This document shows positions 1 to 9,666 of a DNA stretch of 64,000 bases, in pieces. The DNA is taken from contig CAZIFG010000006.1 of assembly GCA_964539135.1 (NCBI GenBank), positions 8,585-72,584 on the forward strand, in the 5' to 3' direction. Within the stretch, counting starts at the first letter, position 1, and every line of letters starts with the position of its first letter. The notes below the pieces were generated by a model. That model ran no database searches. It saw only the letters and a program-made list of their open reading frames with translations, and had not been told where the DNA came from. The position numbers and the translations under genes were made by a program. The DNA is from an uncultured Rickettsiales bacterium. GTDB lineage: Bacteria; Margulisbacteria; Marinamargulisbacteria; GCA-2716485; CAZIFG01.

Positions 1-718
1 TTACAGCAATTTTAGATCGTTTTCCGGCTTCTCGAGATACGGCCATGATACTGATAATTCCTTCTTGAATTTCAGGAATTTCAAGCTCAAATAAACGTTG
101 AAGGAGTCCGGGATGTGTTCTAGAAATGTGGATGCTATTTCCTCTTGGACCTTTGTCAATATTGACGATATAGACACGAATTTTATCTTTTGCGTGGAAG
201 GTTTCTCCTGGAATTTGGTCTTTTAGCTGAAGAACGGCTTCTGTTCGACCTAAATTTACGAGGTAATTTCTATTTTCTACGCGTTGAACGGTGCCTGTTA
301 AAATCTGGCCTATTTTGTCTTGATATTCATCAAAAACGGATTGTTTTTCGGCTTCTCGGATGCGTTGTATAATGACTTGTTTCGCTGTTTGAGCCGCAAT
401 TCGACCGAACTCTTCGGTTTCAATGGGAACATAAACCTCTTCTTCTTCTTTAACATCTTTATTGTATTTTTTGGCGTCTTGTAGACTGATTTCCATGACC
501 TCATCTTCTACTTTTTTAACGGCAATTTTAATTTGAAACAGTTGCGCTACACCTGTTTTAAGGTCTAATTTTGCATATAAATCGGCTTCTTCAGGCATTT
601 TTTTTCTGCAGGCAGCAACGAGGGCTTGTTCGATTGCGGAAAACAGAACTTCTTTCGATACTCCACGCTCAGATTCAATTTGATTTGCGACTTGCATTAA
701 GTTATCTATTACTATCAT
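1..718 (-). CDS. nusA: Transcription termination/antitermination factor NusA, N-terminal part (gene continues past the window start)
   Basis: Not in the ORF track because it runs off the edge. Reverse-strand translation from ATG 718-716 gives MIVIDNLMQVANQIESERGVSKEVLFSAIEQALVAACRKK...FGRIAAQTAKQVIIQRIREAEK...ILTGTVQRVENRNYLVNLGRTEAVL. This is the NusA N-terminal domain followed by an S1-domain pattern. Confidence 0.85.
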   Translation of the reverse strand, partial: MIVIDNLMQVANQIESERGVSKEVLFSAIEQALVAACRKKMPEEADLYAKLDLKTGVAQLFQIKIAVKKVEDEVMEISLQDAKKYNKDVKEEEEVYVPIETEEFGRIAAQTAKQVIIQRIREAEKQSVFDEYQDKIGQILTGTVQRVENRNYLVNLGRTEAVLQLKDQIPGETFHAKDKIRVYIVNIDKGPRGNSIHISRTHPGLLQRLFELEIPEIQEGIISIMAVSREAGKRSKIAV

Positions 719-767
719 GGCTTTTCCTTATTACCCTCGTATCAATTTTTTAATTTCTTATATAAAG

Positions 768-789
768 CAAAAAAGTGGGGCTACCCACT
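768..789 (-). terminator. Rho-independent terminator candidate downstream of the FKBP gene
   Basis: On the minus strand: GTGGG-tagc-CCCAC hairpin followed directly by TTTTTT, about 40 nt after the stop at 832. Confidence 0.5.
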
Positions 790-831
790 CTCTATTACCT
801 TTTAAGCGGCTTATAAAACAGTCCCTTTACT

Positions 832-1269
832 CTAACATTTATTTATGATCATGACAAGTTCGACTGTAAGGACCATGTCTTGGCCTGCATAGGGTGGGTT
901 TGTGTCTAAGATAGCGGTTTCGTCTGTAACATCTTTAAAAACACCTGTGATTTCTCGATTGTCTGGTAGGGTAATGGTGACTTGTTTGCCATTTTCGCAT
1001 TGAATATGGTCGGGAATTTCAGCACGAGATAAGGGGAGTAATAACTCCATGATTTTGGGACCAAAGGGTTGTGAGAGCGTAATGGTTTTGGTTTCATCTA
1101 TTTTCATGCCTAGAATGGCGTCTTCTACACCTGGAACAAAGGTGTTGCTTCCAAGGAGAATTTCAAGGGGTTGTGCGCCTCTGTTGCTTACATAGACTTT
1201 GCCGTTTGTATAGGCAAGTTTGAAATAAACAGTGACAAGATCGCCTTTTTCGGCCACAATAAATGCCAT
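832..1269 (-). CDS. FKBP-type peptidyl-prolyl cis-trans isomerase, SlyD/FkpB-like
   Basis: 145 aa. Carries VPGVEDAILGMKIDETK and C-terminal DTNPPYAGQDMVLTVELV, matching the FKBP plus insert-in-flap pattern (DxNHPLAGKxLxFxV) of SlyD-like PPIases. Confidence 0.8.
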   Translation of the reverse strand: MAFIVAEKGDLVTVYFKLAYTNGKVYVSNRGAQPLEILLGSNTFVPGVEDAILGMKIDETKTITLSQPFGPKIMELLLPLSRAEIPDHIQCENGKQVTITLPDNREITGVFKDVTDETAILDTNPPYAGQDMVLTVELVMIINKC

Positions 1270-1321
1270 AGTTTAGTATGATATCTTGATTCAGACAGAA
1301 TAGACAAGAGGTGGTGAATTT

Positions 1322-2302
1322 GTGGTTATTTTAACAGGTGGTGCAGGATTTATCGGTAGCGCTTTTTTATGGAAATTAAATCAAGAAGGCATTGACGATG
1401 TCATCGTTGTGGATCAACTTGGCGAGAGTCCGAAATGGAAAAATTTGGTGGGACTGCGCTATAAAGCTTATTATCATAAAGAGGTTTTTATTGAATTAAT
1501 TCAAGATGAGGGATTCTTAGAAGATTCGACCATTGATGCGGTTATCCATATGGGGGCGTGTTCGTCCACAACTGAAATGGATATGGATTATTTAATGGAA
1601 AATAATGTCCAATATAGCAAACTTCTTTGTGCTTGGGCGTTTCGAAAAAAAACCTATTTTATGTATGCCAGTAGTGCCGCGACTTATGGAGATGGCGAGC
1701 TTGGGTTTTCTGATTTTCATGAGACCATTCCGGCTTACCGTCCCATTAATCCTTATGGGTATTCTAAGCAGCTTTTTGATCTTCATTTGCTGCAGGAGGG
1801 GCTTTTGGATCGGGTTGTAGGCCTTAAGTTTTTTAATGTGTTTGGTCCTAATGAATATCATAAAGAGACCATGAGAAGTTTGGTTTGTAAATCCTACCCG
1901 TCTATTTTGAAGTCTGGAAAAATGGGATTGTTTAAATCTTATTTGGATGGCTACGAAGATGGGGGTCAAATGCGTGATTTTATTTATGTCAAAGATTGTG
2001 TGGATATGATGTGGTGGCTTTTTACGCATCGGACGGTTAAAGGGATTTATAATATTGGGACTGGCGCGGCAAGATCTTGGAATGATTTGGCAACGGCTCT
2101 TTTTCAGGCTATGAAACTGCCTGTTTCTATTGATTATATCGAAATGCCTGAATCTATTAAAAATCAATATCAATATTTTACGGAAGCACCTATGAGTAAA
2201 TTACAGGCCATGGGATGCCCGCCTGCACGATGGTCTTTAGAGGAGGCTATTCAGGATTATATAGAGGGTTATTTAACGTTTAATCTCTATCTTTCCGTTT
2301 AA
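1322..2302 (+). CDS. hldD: ADP-L-glycero-D-manno-heptose-6-epimerase
   Basis: GTG start. Has the VILTGGAGFIGS Rossmann motif and is collinear with E. coli HldD/RfaD (GACSSTTE, YASSAATYG, INPYGYSK, FFNVFGPNEYHK, RDFIYVKD). Confidence 0.92.
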   Translation: MVILTGGAGFIGSAFLWKLNQEGIDDVIVVDQLGESPKWKNLVGLRYKAYYHKEVFIELIQDEGFLEDSTIDAVIHMGACSSTTEMDMDYLMENNVQYSKLLCAWAFRKKTYFMYASSAATYGDGELGFSDFHETIPAYRPINPYGYSKQLFDLHLLQEGLLDRVVGLKFFNVFGPNEYHKETMRSLVCKSYPSILKSGKMGLFKSYLDGYEDGGQMRDFIYVKDCVDMMWWLFTHRTVKGIYNIGTGAARSWNDLATALFQAMKLPVSIDYIEMPESIKNQYQYFTEAPMSKLQAMGCPPARWSLEEAIQDYIEGYLTFNLYLSV

Positions 2303-2308
2303 AGGTTT

Positions 2309-2450
2309 GGGGCTGTTGCGAAAGGCTTATTTTGGCCATCTGCTGTGTTATCCTCGTCCTCAAGCCCTCATTTATGACAAATAAATTCCGGGCTTTCGGA
2401 TTCGAAATGCCTTGCAGCTGATCCAAACCTAAGCTTTTCGCAACAGTCCC
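2309..2450 (+). repeat. Palindromic intergenic repeat, full copy A (about 142 bp)
   Basis: GGGGCTGTTGCGAAAGGCTTATTTTGGCCATCTGCTGTG...CAGCTGATCCAAACCTAAGCTTTTCGCAACAGTCCC. The termini are inverted repeats. It starts 7 nt after the hldD stop. Matches copies at 10937, 18055 and 51008. Confidence 0.9.
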
Positions 2451-2585
2451 AGTTTGGATTTTTGACTTTGTAATTGTCTATTTTGAGTTCGCCCTGTATA
2501 CTCTACATTTGACTATGACTTTCTTTAATTATACAGAAATCATCGACATTTACTCATTTTTAACGAAAAGGAACAGGAGCTTTTA

Positions 2586-3635
2586 ATGAAAAATATGGAT
2601 TCAATGGTAACTCAGTTTTTATCGCGATTTCGTTGCGATTTGGGAATAGATTTAGGGACTGCTAATACCTTGGTTTTTGCTCAGGGTAGTGGCATTATTA
2701 TTCAAGAACCTTCTGTTGTTGCTTTAGATAAACATAAAAATACAGTTTTGGCTGTTGGAGATGAGGCGAAGCGCATGATAGGGCGTACGCCAGGTAATGT
2801 GATTGCAGTTCGCCCCCTTCGGGATGGAGTTATTGCTGATTTTGATATCACGGAAACCATGCTTAAGTATTTTATCAAAAAGGCATTGCCTGCACATAGC
2901 TTTATTCGCTTGAAACCTCGTATTATTGTGGGGGTTCCTTCTGGCATTACGGGGGTTGAGAGACGGGCTGTTCTTGAGGCGACTCACCAGGCAGGGGCTA
3001 AAGAGGCTTACTTGATTGAAGAACCTATGGCTGCGGCGATAGGGGCTAATTTGCCGGTTTCAGATCCTGCAGGAAGCATGATTGTGGATATTGGTGGTGG
3101 GACTACTGAAATTGCGGTAATTTCTTTAGGTGGTATTGTGGTCTCTAAATCCATTCGCATCGCTGGAGATGAATTGGATGAATCCATTATTTCGCATTGT
3201 CGTGAAAATTACCGGCTTTTAATTGGGGAGCGTACTGCTGAGGAAATTAAGATTCATTTAGGGTCTGCTTTTGAGCTTCAGCAAGAAAAAACCATGGAAG
3301 TACGTGGGCGTGACTTGGTGTCGGGTTTACCTAAAACCTTTACGTTAACCAGCACCGAAATTCGAGAAGCTTTGAAAGATCCGGTTCGTGCTATTGTTGA
3401 TGGAATTCGAACCACGCTTGAAAAAACACCGCCTGAGTTGTCCTCTGATATTATGGATAGAGGTATCACGCTTGCCGGGGGCGGGGCCCTGCTTGTGGGC
3501 TTGGATAAATATATTGAATCTGAAACACAAATTTCTGTGGTGATCGCCGATAATCCCTTAGAGTGTGTGGCACTTGGAACTGGAAAAGCGATTGACGAAA
3601 TTGATGTTTTAAAAGAAGTTCTTATTTCAGAATAA
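2586..3635 (+). CDS. mreB: Rod shape-determining actin homolog MreB
   Basis: 349 aa. Contains [61 protein letters not shown] and LAGGGALL, the canonical MreB phosphate and adenosine motifs. Confidence 0.95.
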   Translation: MKNMDSMVTQFLSRFRCDLGIDLGTANTLVFAQGSGIIIQEPSVVALDKHKNTVLAVGDEAKRMIGRTPGNVIAVRPLRDGVIADFDITETMLKYFIKKALPAHSFIRLKPRIIVGVPSGITGVERRAVLEATHQAGAKEAYLIEEPMAAAIGANLPVSDPAGSMIVDIGGGTTEIAVISLGGIVVSKSIRIAGDELDESIISHCRENYRLLIGERTAEEIKIHLGSAFELQQEKTMEVRGRDLVSGLPKTFTLTSTEIREALKDPVRAIVDGIRTTLEKTPPELSSDIMDRGITLAGGGALLVGLDKYIESETQISVVIADNPLECVALGTGKAIDEIDVLKEVLISE

Positions 3636-3652
3636 AGAAAGGGGCCTTAGGG

Positions 3653-4873
3653 GTGGCGATGACCTTTGTCTGTGATTCCTCTTTTGTTGCGGATTATGCC
3701 GCTTCAGATCTGATTTGCAATCGTGTTTTACCTTTGTATCAGGATCAAGGCATGTCTTTTTTTTTAACAGAGGGCATTTCACACCAGTCCCGCCCTGTTT
3801 CTTTTGATCCGGGTATTCCGCATACTTTTATTCCTTTGGATTCTGTTTCTTTTCATGAACACCTTTATTCTACCTTGGTTTTAGATGGGGCTGCGCTTTC
3901 TCTTTTGGATTCTTTTTTACTTCGGGCTTTTTTATCTGAGGCCTCCGATATGCATCTGTATTCTGAACGGGATCGTGTTCGCATTGTTTATCGAATTCAA
4001 GGACGGCTTTCGGATCCGCTGTTTTTGGATACGGCGGATGCCCGTGTTTTAATTCGTCTTTTAAAATTTCATTCGCATATGGATGTGTCTAAATCTTTTA
4101 AATCGCAAGATGGTCGTTTGGAGTGGCGTGGGCTTAGTCGGATTGAAACCATTCGGGTTTCCTCTGTTCCTACTGTTTATGGGGAAGATTTTGTGTGTCG
4201 GTTTTTTTCGTCATCTTCTCATTTATCTTCTTTTGAAGATTTGGGCTTTCTTCCTGATGTTACGCGTCAACTTCAGTCTCTTTTATCGCTTTCGTCTGGG
4301 CTTGTGTTAGTGACAGGCCCTACAGGATCTGGAAAAACCACGACTTTGTATCAGTGTTTGCGTTGGTTGGTTGAAACGCGTCGTCTGAATGTGGTTTCTA
4401 TTGAAGATCCTGTGGAATCTGTGCTTCATGGCGTGAGGCAAATTCCGGTAGGGAGAGAACAGGGGGAATCTTTTGCGACTATTTTACGCGCTGTTCTGAG
4501 ACAGGATCCAGATGTGATTATGATCGGTGAAATTCGAGATGCCCAAACCGCTCAAGTGGCATTAGAAGCGGCGTATACAGGACATTTGGTTTTGGCTACT
4601 TTACATACTGAACAGGTTTCGTCTACGCTCTTACGACTTTTGAGTTATGGGTTGGACCCTTTTTGGATGACCTATTGTTTAAAAGGCATTGTGTCTCAGC
4701 GTCTTCAGACGCCTTCTAAAGGAAGTCCTGTGTTGCTTTCAGAGCTTTTTACATTGACAAAACCTGTGACCCTTAAGGATTCTTTTTTGGATCCTGAAGA
4801 TTTTCTTCAGCAGGGAACCTTATGGTCTTTTGAATCTGATTTACAGGCTAAAGCGTCGCGTTTTTATGTTTGA
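3653..4873 (+). CDS. Type II/IV secretion system ATPase (GspE/PilB/PilT superfamily) with a divergent N-terminal half
   Basis: Walker A VTGPTGSGKTTT, Asp box VSIEDPVE, Walker B DPDVIMIGEIRD, His box GHLVLATLHT. The N-terminal 200 aa or so have no motif I recognise. Confidence 0.8.
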   Translation: MAMTFVCDSSFVADYAASDLICNRVLPLYQDQGMSFFLTEGISHQSRPVSFDPGIPHTFIPLDSVSFHEHLYSTLVLDGAALSLLDSFLLRAFLSEASDMHLYSERDRVRIVYRIQGRLSDPLFLDTADARVLIRLLKFHSHMDVSKSFKSQDGRLEWRGLSRIETIRVSSVPTVYGEDFVCRFFSSSSHLSSFEDLGFLPDVTRQLQSLLSLSSGLVLVTGPTGSGKTTTLYQCLRWLVETRRLNVVSIEDPVESVLHGVRQIPVGREQGESFATILRAVLRQDPDVIMIGEIRDAQTAQVALEAAYTGHLVLATLHTEQVSSTLLRLLSYGLDPFWMTYCLKGIVSQRLQTPSKGSPVLLSELFTLTKPVTLKDSFLDPEDFLQQGTLWSFESDLQAKASRFYV

Positions 4874-5432
4874 GGATGTTGTTCTCTCTCTACAATCGAA
4901 TTCTATAGGCGCTTTTCCCTGTGATACGGTATGGGGACTTATTGGGCCTGTGACCGACGAAGCGGCATTGGCTTTGGCTCAGCTTAAAAATAGGTCGCTT
5001 GAGAAGGGATTTATTGTTTTAATTCCTGACTTGGAGTCTCTTTTTTCTTGGGTTACAGTTTCAGAGTCACAACTTGCTCTTTTGACTCAGATTTGGCCAG
5101 GCCCAGTCACGGTTATTTTACCTAAAAAAGAGGGCGTCTCGGATCTGATTACAGGGGGACGTTCTACGCTTGCGATTCGTTTTCCGGGTGATGGGATTAT
5201 TTGCGATCTTTTAAAGGCCTATGGAAAGCCCCTTTTATCTACGAGTCTTAATCGTTCAGATGAGGCTCCTTTGGATTCTCTTACTTATCTTTCGCCTGAA
5301 TTTAGGTCTCAGCTTTCTTTTTGTTATGAGGGGCAACCGGCTTTGGGGCTTGTGTCTACCCTGGTGGATTTAACAACGCGCCCGTATCGTGTTCTTCGAG
5401 AGGGTGCTTTTGATATGGGGCCTTATGTTTAG
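4866..5432 (+). CDS. tsaC: L-threonylcarbamoyladenylate synthase (YrdC/TsaC family)
   Basis: FPCDTVWGLIG, IWPGPVTVILP, TLAIRFP and PLLSTSLNRS match the YrdC-domain pattern. I prefer ATG 4866, which overlaps the upstream stop as ATGTTTGA. The track ORF starts at TTG 4830. Confidence 0.8.
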   Translation: MFEDVVLSLQSNSIGAFPCDTVWGLIGPVTDEAALALAQLKNRSLEKGFIVLIPDLESLFSWVTVSESQLALLTQIWPGPVTVILPKKEGVSDLITGGRSTLAIRFPGDGIICDLLKAYGKPLLSTSLNRSDEAPLDSLTYLSPEFRSQLSFCYEGQPALGLVSTLVDLTTRPYRVLREGAFDMGPYV

Positions 5433-5489
5433 GATCTGTTGCGAAATGCCTGGCATCTGATTCAAACGGAGTCCTTTTGTAACGGTCCC
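5432..5489 (+). repeat. Internally deleted mini-copy of the palindromic repeat
   Basis: GGATCTGTTGCGAAATGCCTGGCATCTGATTCAAACGGAGTCCTTTTGTAACGGTCCC consists of the left terminus, the right-arm CTGATyCAAACG segment and a degenerate right terminus. The central 85 bp or so are missing. Confidence 0.6.
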
Positions 5490-5540
5490 GGCGATGCTTT
5501 TTTCTTGCCCATATGCGCCTTGCCCGTTATTCTTAAGTTT

Positions 5541-6872
5541 ATGACAGCGTACTCTGGTGTTTTTTTGGATTCAGGACTTTCTGCTGATGATGCAAAACGT
5601 CGCTATCGTTTGCGTCGAGATGCCTTGCTTTCGCGTTTGGAATGCCCCGCTCTTATTGTAGGTCCCTTTTGGGAGCCTTGTTCCGAATCTTATTGGGCGG
5701 CACCTTCCTTTTCTGTGTATCAAGATCCTTATTTATTATATTTAACGGGTATTAATCAGTTGAATACGGCTCTTTTTTTAGACCCTCAAACACAGGAGAC
5801 CATTTTGTATTTACCGCCCAAAAACGAACATCATGAATTTTGGGAAGGCGTGCAATTAGGAGGGGGGTCTCCAGAAAAGGATAGGGTTGTTTTGGAGGTT
5901 ACAGGTTTAAGCACTATTCGACCTTATCAGAACTTGTTTTTGGATTTAGTGACTCGTTTTAAAACAGGGAGTTCGGATCTGGGGTTGGTGTGGTACGATG
6001 CCCCTAAGGGGCGTAAAAAAATACCTGGGTATCATGATGTTTTTAATCAAAAATTGCAGCGTCGTTTTCGATCTCAAGGGCTTTCTGTTTCCTTTCGATG
6101 CCTTTCAGATTTTCAGTGGGATACCCGATTGTGTTTGGATGCCTGTGATATTTCCCACCTTAAAACAGCGAATCGATTGAGTTTAGAGGCGTTTGATGCG
6201 CTTTGTGAGGCATTGCCCTATCTGAAATCCGAAACAGAGGTCGCGGGATTTTTGAATGGGGAGCTTCAAAAACGATCTTGGATGGGACTTTCCTTTCCGA
6301 CTATTGTTGCTGGAGGCGCTAATGCTCAGGTGTTGCATTATCGTAAAAATAATGACCCTTTGCCTCCAAATGGCTTGCTTCTTTTGGATTTTGGGTGTCG
6401 TTATCAGGGGATGCCTGCGGATATTTCTCGCACGATTCCGGTTTCGGGGACGTATAATCCGCTTCAGAAGCTTTTGATTTCTATTGTTCTGGAAGCTCAA
6501 TCTCAGGTTGAAGGGGCTCTTCGAGCAGGTGTTAGCATAGACGCGCTGAATCAGTTGTGTTGGGACTTTATTCAGACTCAACTGGATATTCATATTCGAC
6601 GTAAAAAAGGCATGATTCGTTTGCCGTATGACAAGATGCCTCATGGTGTGAGTCATTTATTGGGTTTTGCAGTGCATGATGGGGATCCTTATCGCTCCTA
6701 TAAGTCACGACCTTTATTGCCCGGAATGGTGATTAGTAATGAACCTGGGATTTATGGTTTTTTTGATGTCACTTTGGATGGAAAACGCTATGTGGAAGAG
6801 ATAGGGATTCGTATCGAAGATAATTTATTGGTTTTATCTGAAGGGTGTGAAAATTTAACACGCTCATTTTAA
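5541..6872 (+). CDS. pepP: Xaa-Pro aminopeptidase (M24B family)
   Basis: DFGCRYQGMPADISRT, HGVSHLLGFAVHD, ISNEPGIY and GIRIEDNLLV are the M24B metal-ligand motifs. The track start at 5439 (TTG) translates the repeat remnant, so ATG 5541 (MTAYSG...) is preferred. Confidence 0.85.
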   Translation: MTAYSGVFLDSGLSADDAKRRYRLRRDALLSRLECPALIVGPFWEPCSESYWAAPSFSVYQDPYLLYLTGINQLNTALFLDPQTQETILYLPPKNEHHEFWEGVQLGGGSPEKDRVVLEVTGLSTIRPYQNLFLDLVTRFKTGSSDLGLVWYDAPKGRKKIPGYHDVFNQKLQRRFRSQGLSVSFRCLSDFQWDTRLCLDACDISHLKTANRLSLEAFDALCEALPYLKSETEVAGFLNGELQKRSWMGLSFPTIVAGGANAQVLHYRKNNDPLPPNGLLLLDFGCRYQGMPADISRTIPVSGTYNPLQKLLISIVLEAQSQVEGALRAGVSIDALNQLCWDFIQTQLDIHIRRKKGMIRLPYDKMPHGVSHLLGFAVHDGDPYRSYKSRPLLPGMVISNEPGIYGFFDVTLDGKRYVEEIGIRIEDNLLVLSEGCENLTRSF

Positions 6873-6954
6873 TGAAGGGGCACAAAAAAAGATTGCAAGA
6901 TTTAATAATTTTAGATAGACTCGAAATGGTTATATCTCTCTTTAAGGAGCGTTT

Positions 6955-8199
6955 ATGAAGTCTACATCTCGTTTTACGAATATTATTTTCCTTTCCATGG
7001 TTTTGGGTGTTTTGGTGGGCTACCTTTACCCCTCTTTCAGTCAGCATTTTCAAGTTTTTAGTGATGTTTTTCTTCGTCTCATCAAAATGGTTATTGCGCC
7101 TTTGGTATTTTCAACTTTGGTTGTGGGCATTGCTAAGTTGGGTAGTTTTAAAACAGTGGGTAGAATTGGTATTAAGACTTTGGCCTATTTTCAATTTGCG
7201 ACCGCTCTTGCCCTGATTACAGGCCTTGTCATTGTGAATGTTTTTGAGCCGGGCCATCGTATGAATTTAACCCTTCCTGAACAAGGAACAGAAACGGGGC
7301 TTACCACAACAAAATTAAATGGCGTTTCGGATTTTGTCGCACATATGATTCCTAAGAGTTTTGTAGATGCGATGGCACATAATGAAATTCTTCAAATTGT
7401 TATTTTCTCTCTTTTCTTTGGTGTTGCTGTAGCCTCTTTGGGGGATGTGGGTAAGCCTATTTTAAAAGGCATTGATTCTTTGTCTCATGTTATGTTTAAA
7501 ATTACTAAATTCGTCATGTATTTTGCTCCCATTGGTGCTTTTGGTGCTTTGGCCGCTGCTGTAGGAGAACATGGTATTGGTATTATGCAGGGCTATTTTT
7601 ATTTGATTCTGTGCTTTTTTGGCGGTCTCCTTTTCTTTACAGGGGTTATTTTGGCTCTTATATGTTATGTGCTTCGTATTCCTTACCTTAAACTGCTTTC
7701 TTATATTAAAGAGCCTTTTGTTTTGGCCTTTAGTACAGCCAGCTCAGAAGTGGCCTTTCCTAAATTAATGGAGCGTTTGGAAAGCTTTGGATGTAAAGAT
7801 CGTGTGGTGAGCTTTGTTCTTCCTGTTGGTTATTCATTTAACTTAGACGGTTCTATTATGTACACAACCTTTGCGACGATGTTCATTGCTCAAGCTTATG
7901 GGATGCCATTGTCGATTCATCAGCAAGTTGTGATGATGTTGATGCTCATGGTTACCAGTAAGGGAATGGCGGGTGTTCCTCGCGCGTCTTTGATTGTAAT
8001 TGCGAGTGCCTTGACTACTTTCCATATTCCGGTTGAAGGCTTGGCCTTGCTTTTGGGAATTGATCAACTTTTAGACATGGGGCGTTCAGCTGTTAATGTT
8101 GTTGGAAATGCGGTGGCTACGGCGGTTGTTGCGAAATGGGAAGGGGATCTTGTTGTGAATCCTTTGTCTGCTGCAGACGCGCCTGTAATTGATGGCTAA
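6955..8199 (+). CDS. Dicarboxylate/amino acid:cation symporter (DAACS family; GltP/DctA-like)
   Basis: 414 aa polytopic protein. LRLIKMVIAPLVFSTLVVGIA, SSEVAFP, NLDGS and TSKGMAGVP are DAACS signature segments. Confidence 0.85.
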   Translation: MKSTSRFTNIIFLSMVLGVLVGYLYPSFSQHFQVFSDVFLRLIKMVIAPLVFSTLVVGIAKLGSFKTVGRIGIKTLAYFQFATALALITGLVIVNVFEPGHRMNLTLPEQGTETGLTTTKLNGVSDFVAHMIPKSFVDAMAHNEILQIVIFSLFFGVAVASLGDVGKPILKGIDSLSHVMFKITKFVMYFAPIGAFGALAAAVGEHGIGIMQGYFYLILCFFGGLLFFTGVILALICYVLRIPYLKLLSYIKEPFVLAFSTASSEVAFPKLMERLESFGCKDRVVSFVLPVGYSFNLDGSIMYTTFATMFIAQAYGMPLSIHQQVVMMLMLMVTSKGMAGVPRASLIVIASALTTFHIPVEGLALLLGIDQLLDMGRSAVNVVGNAVATAVVAKWEGDLVVNPLSAADAPVIDG

Positions 8200-9604
8200 T
8201 ACTCCCAATCTTAAGCGGGAACTGAGTAAATGGAGTTTGACCTCCCTGGGTATCGGGGCGGTCATTGGAGCTGGTATTTTTGTTATTACAGGTCAGGCTG
8301 CTGCACAATATGCGGGGCCTGGGATTGTGATTTCTTTTATTCTTTCAGGTTTAGCGGCCCTTTTCGCGGGTCTTTGTTATGCTGAATTTGCGTCTATGTA
8401 TCCTGGATCTGGTAGTGCTTATACCTATACCTTGGCGACTTTGGGTAAAACAATGGCGTGGATTATTGGTTGGGACTTGGTTTTAGAGTATTTGTTGGCC
8501 TCTTCCACAGTTGCTGTTGGGTGGTCTGGTTATATTACGAGTTTTTTAGGGGATATGGGGATTCATATACCAAGGGCGCTTTCTATGTCTCCTTTTGTTG
8601 TAGATGCGTCTGGATGGCACTTATCTGGGGCCCTGATTAATTTTCCTGCTATGGCGATTATTGCAGTTATTACGTCTCTTTTAGCCGTAGGTATTCGGGA
8701 ATCTAATCGATTTAATGCGGTGATTGTTGTGATTAAATTGACAGCTATTTTGCTTTTTATTGGGTTTGGGCTTTCTCACATTAACCTCTCCAACTTAATG
8801 CCTATTATTCCCCCCAATACGGGTGAATTTGGCCATTATGGATGGAGCGGTATTTTGCGAGGTGCTGCGGTTATTTTCTTTGCTTATTTGGGTTTTGATG
8901 CTGTTTCTACAGCTGGACAAGAGGCTAAAAATCCTCAAAAAGATCTTCCGTTTGGGATGTTGATGTCTTTACTCATTTCAACGGTTCTTTATATTTTAGT
9001 GGCTGTAGTGCTTACGGGGTTGGTTCATTATTCCCACCTTAATGTTCCAGACCCGATTGCTGTTGGGGTTAATGCCGTGGGGCCGAGCTTGGCTTGGTTG
9101 CGACCCATTGTGAAATTGGGTGCTATTGCAGGTTTAAGTTCTGTGATTTTGGTCATGATGTTGGGGCAAACGCGTATTTTTTATACCATGTCTAAAGAAG
9201 GCTATTTGCCGGCTTCTTTTTCTGCGGTTCATCCTAAATTTCATACACCCCATGTCTCTACGCTGATTACGGGGGGCGTTGCCATGGTTGTGGCGGGCCT
9301 TTTACCTATTAGTATTTTGGGCGAATTGGTTTCTATTGGCACTTTGTTTGCGTTTGCTATTGTATGTGGTGGGGTCATTCTTTTACGGGTTAAAAAACCG
9401 GGGCTTAAACGACCCTTTAAAACGCCATTTGTTTATGTGGTGGCACCCTTGGGCGCTTTTTTTGCGATTGCTCAAATGGCGGCCCTTCCTTTAGATACCT
9501 GGATTCGCTTGGCGGGGTGGCTTGTGATCGGTCAGTGTATTTACTTTTTTTATGGGCGACGTTTTGGAAAAACGCATCCGGATGACGCAGATCTAATAGA
9601 TTAG
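8189..9604 (+). CDS. Amino acid permease (APC superfamily)
   Basis: 471 aa with about 12 hydrophobic segments. Has the N-terminal LGIGAVIGAGIFVITGQAA motif and FAYLGFDAVSTAGQEAKNPQKDLP. Overlaps the upstream transporter gene by 11 nt. Confidence 0.85.
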   Translation: MMANTPNLKRELSKWSLTSLGIGAVIGAGIFVITGQAAAQYAGPGIVISFILSGLAALFAGLCYAEFASMYPGSGSAYTYTLATLGKTMAWIIGWDLVLEYLLASSTVAVGWSGYITSFLGDMGIHIPRALSMSPFVVDASGWHLSGALINFPAMAIIAVITSLLAVGIRESNRFNAVIVVIKLTAILLFIGFGLSHINLSNLMPIIPPNTGEFGHYGWSGILRGAAVIFFAYLGFDAVSTAGQEAKNPQKDLPFGMLMSLLISTVLYILVAVVLTGLVHYSHLNVPDPIAVGVNAVGPSLAWLRPIVKLGAIAGLSSVILVMMLGQTRIFYTMSKEGYLPASFSAVHPKFHTPHVSTLITGGVAMVVAGLLPISILGELVSIGTLFAFAIVCGGVILLRVKKPGLKRPFKTPFVYVVAPLGAFFAIAQMAALPLDTWIRLAGWLVIGQCIYFFYGRRFGKTHPDDADLID

Positions 9605-9625
9605 AGAGGGGTATTTGAAACAGGC

Positions 9626-9654
9626 TTGACCTAAGTCTGTTTAAGGCATACAAT
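9626..9654 (+). promoter_or_regulatory. Sigma70-like promoter candidate for ndh
   Basis: TTGACC (9626-9631), 17-nt spacer, TACAAT (9649-9654). The ATG lies at 9667, which implies a very short leader. Confidence 0.45.
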
Positions 9655-9666
9655 ACTTTTTTCATT

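Noticed and set aside
1592-2173. Long shadow ORFs antisense to, or out of frame with, well-supported genes. Examples: 1592-2173 in hldD, 6183-6656 in pepP, 23913-24404 and 24833-25156 in valS, 17516-17827 in ftsZ, 30000-30508 in leuD, 32700-33050 in leuC, and 55560-55949 in the epimerase gene.
   Set aside because: Each lies entirely within a gene whose other-frame product has unambiguous family motifs. Their translations are low-complexity, Arg/Lys/Ile-rich and lack start-site signals. They are a by-product of the skewed composition.
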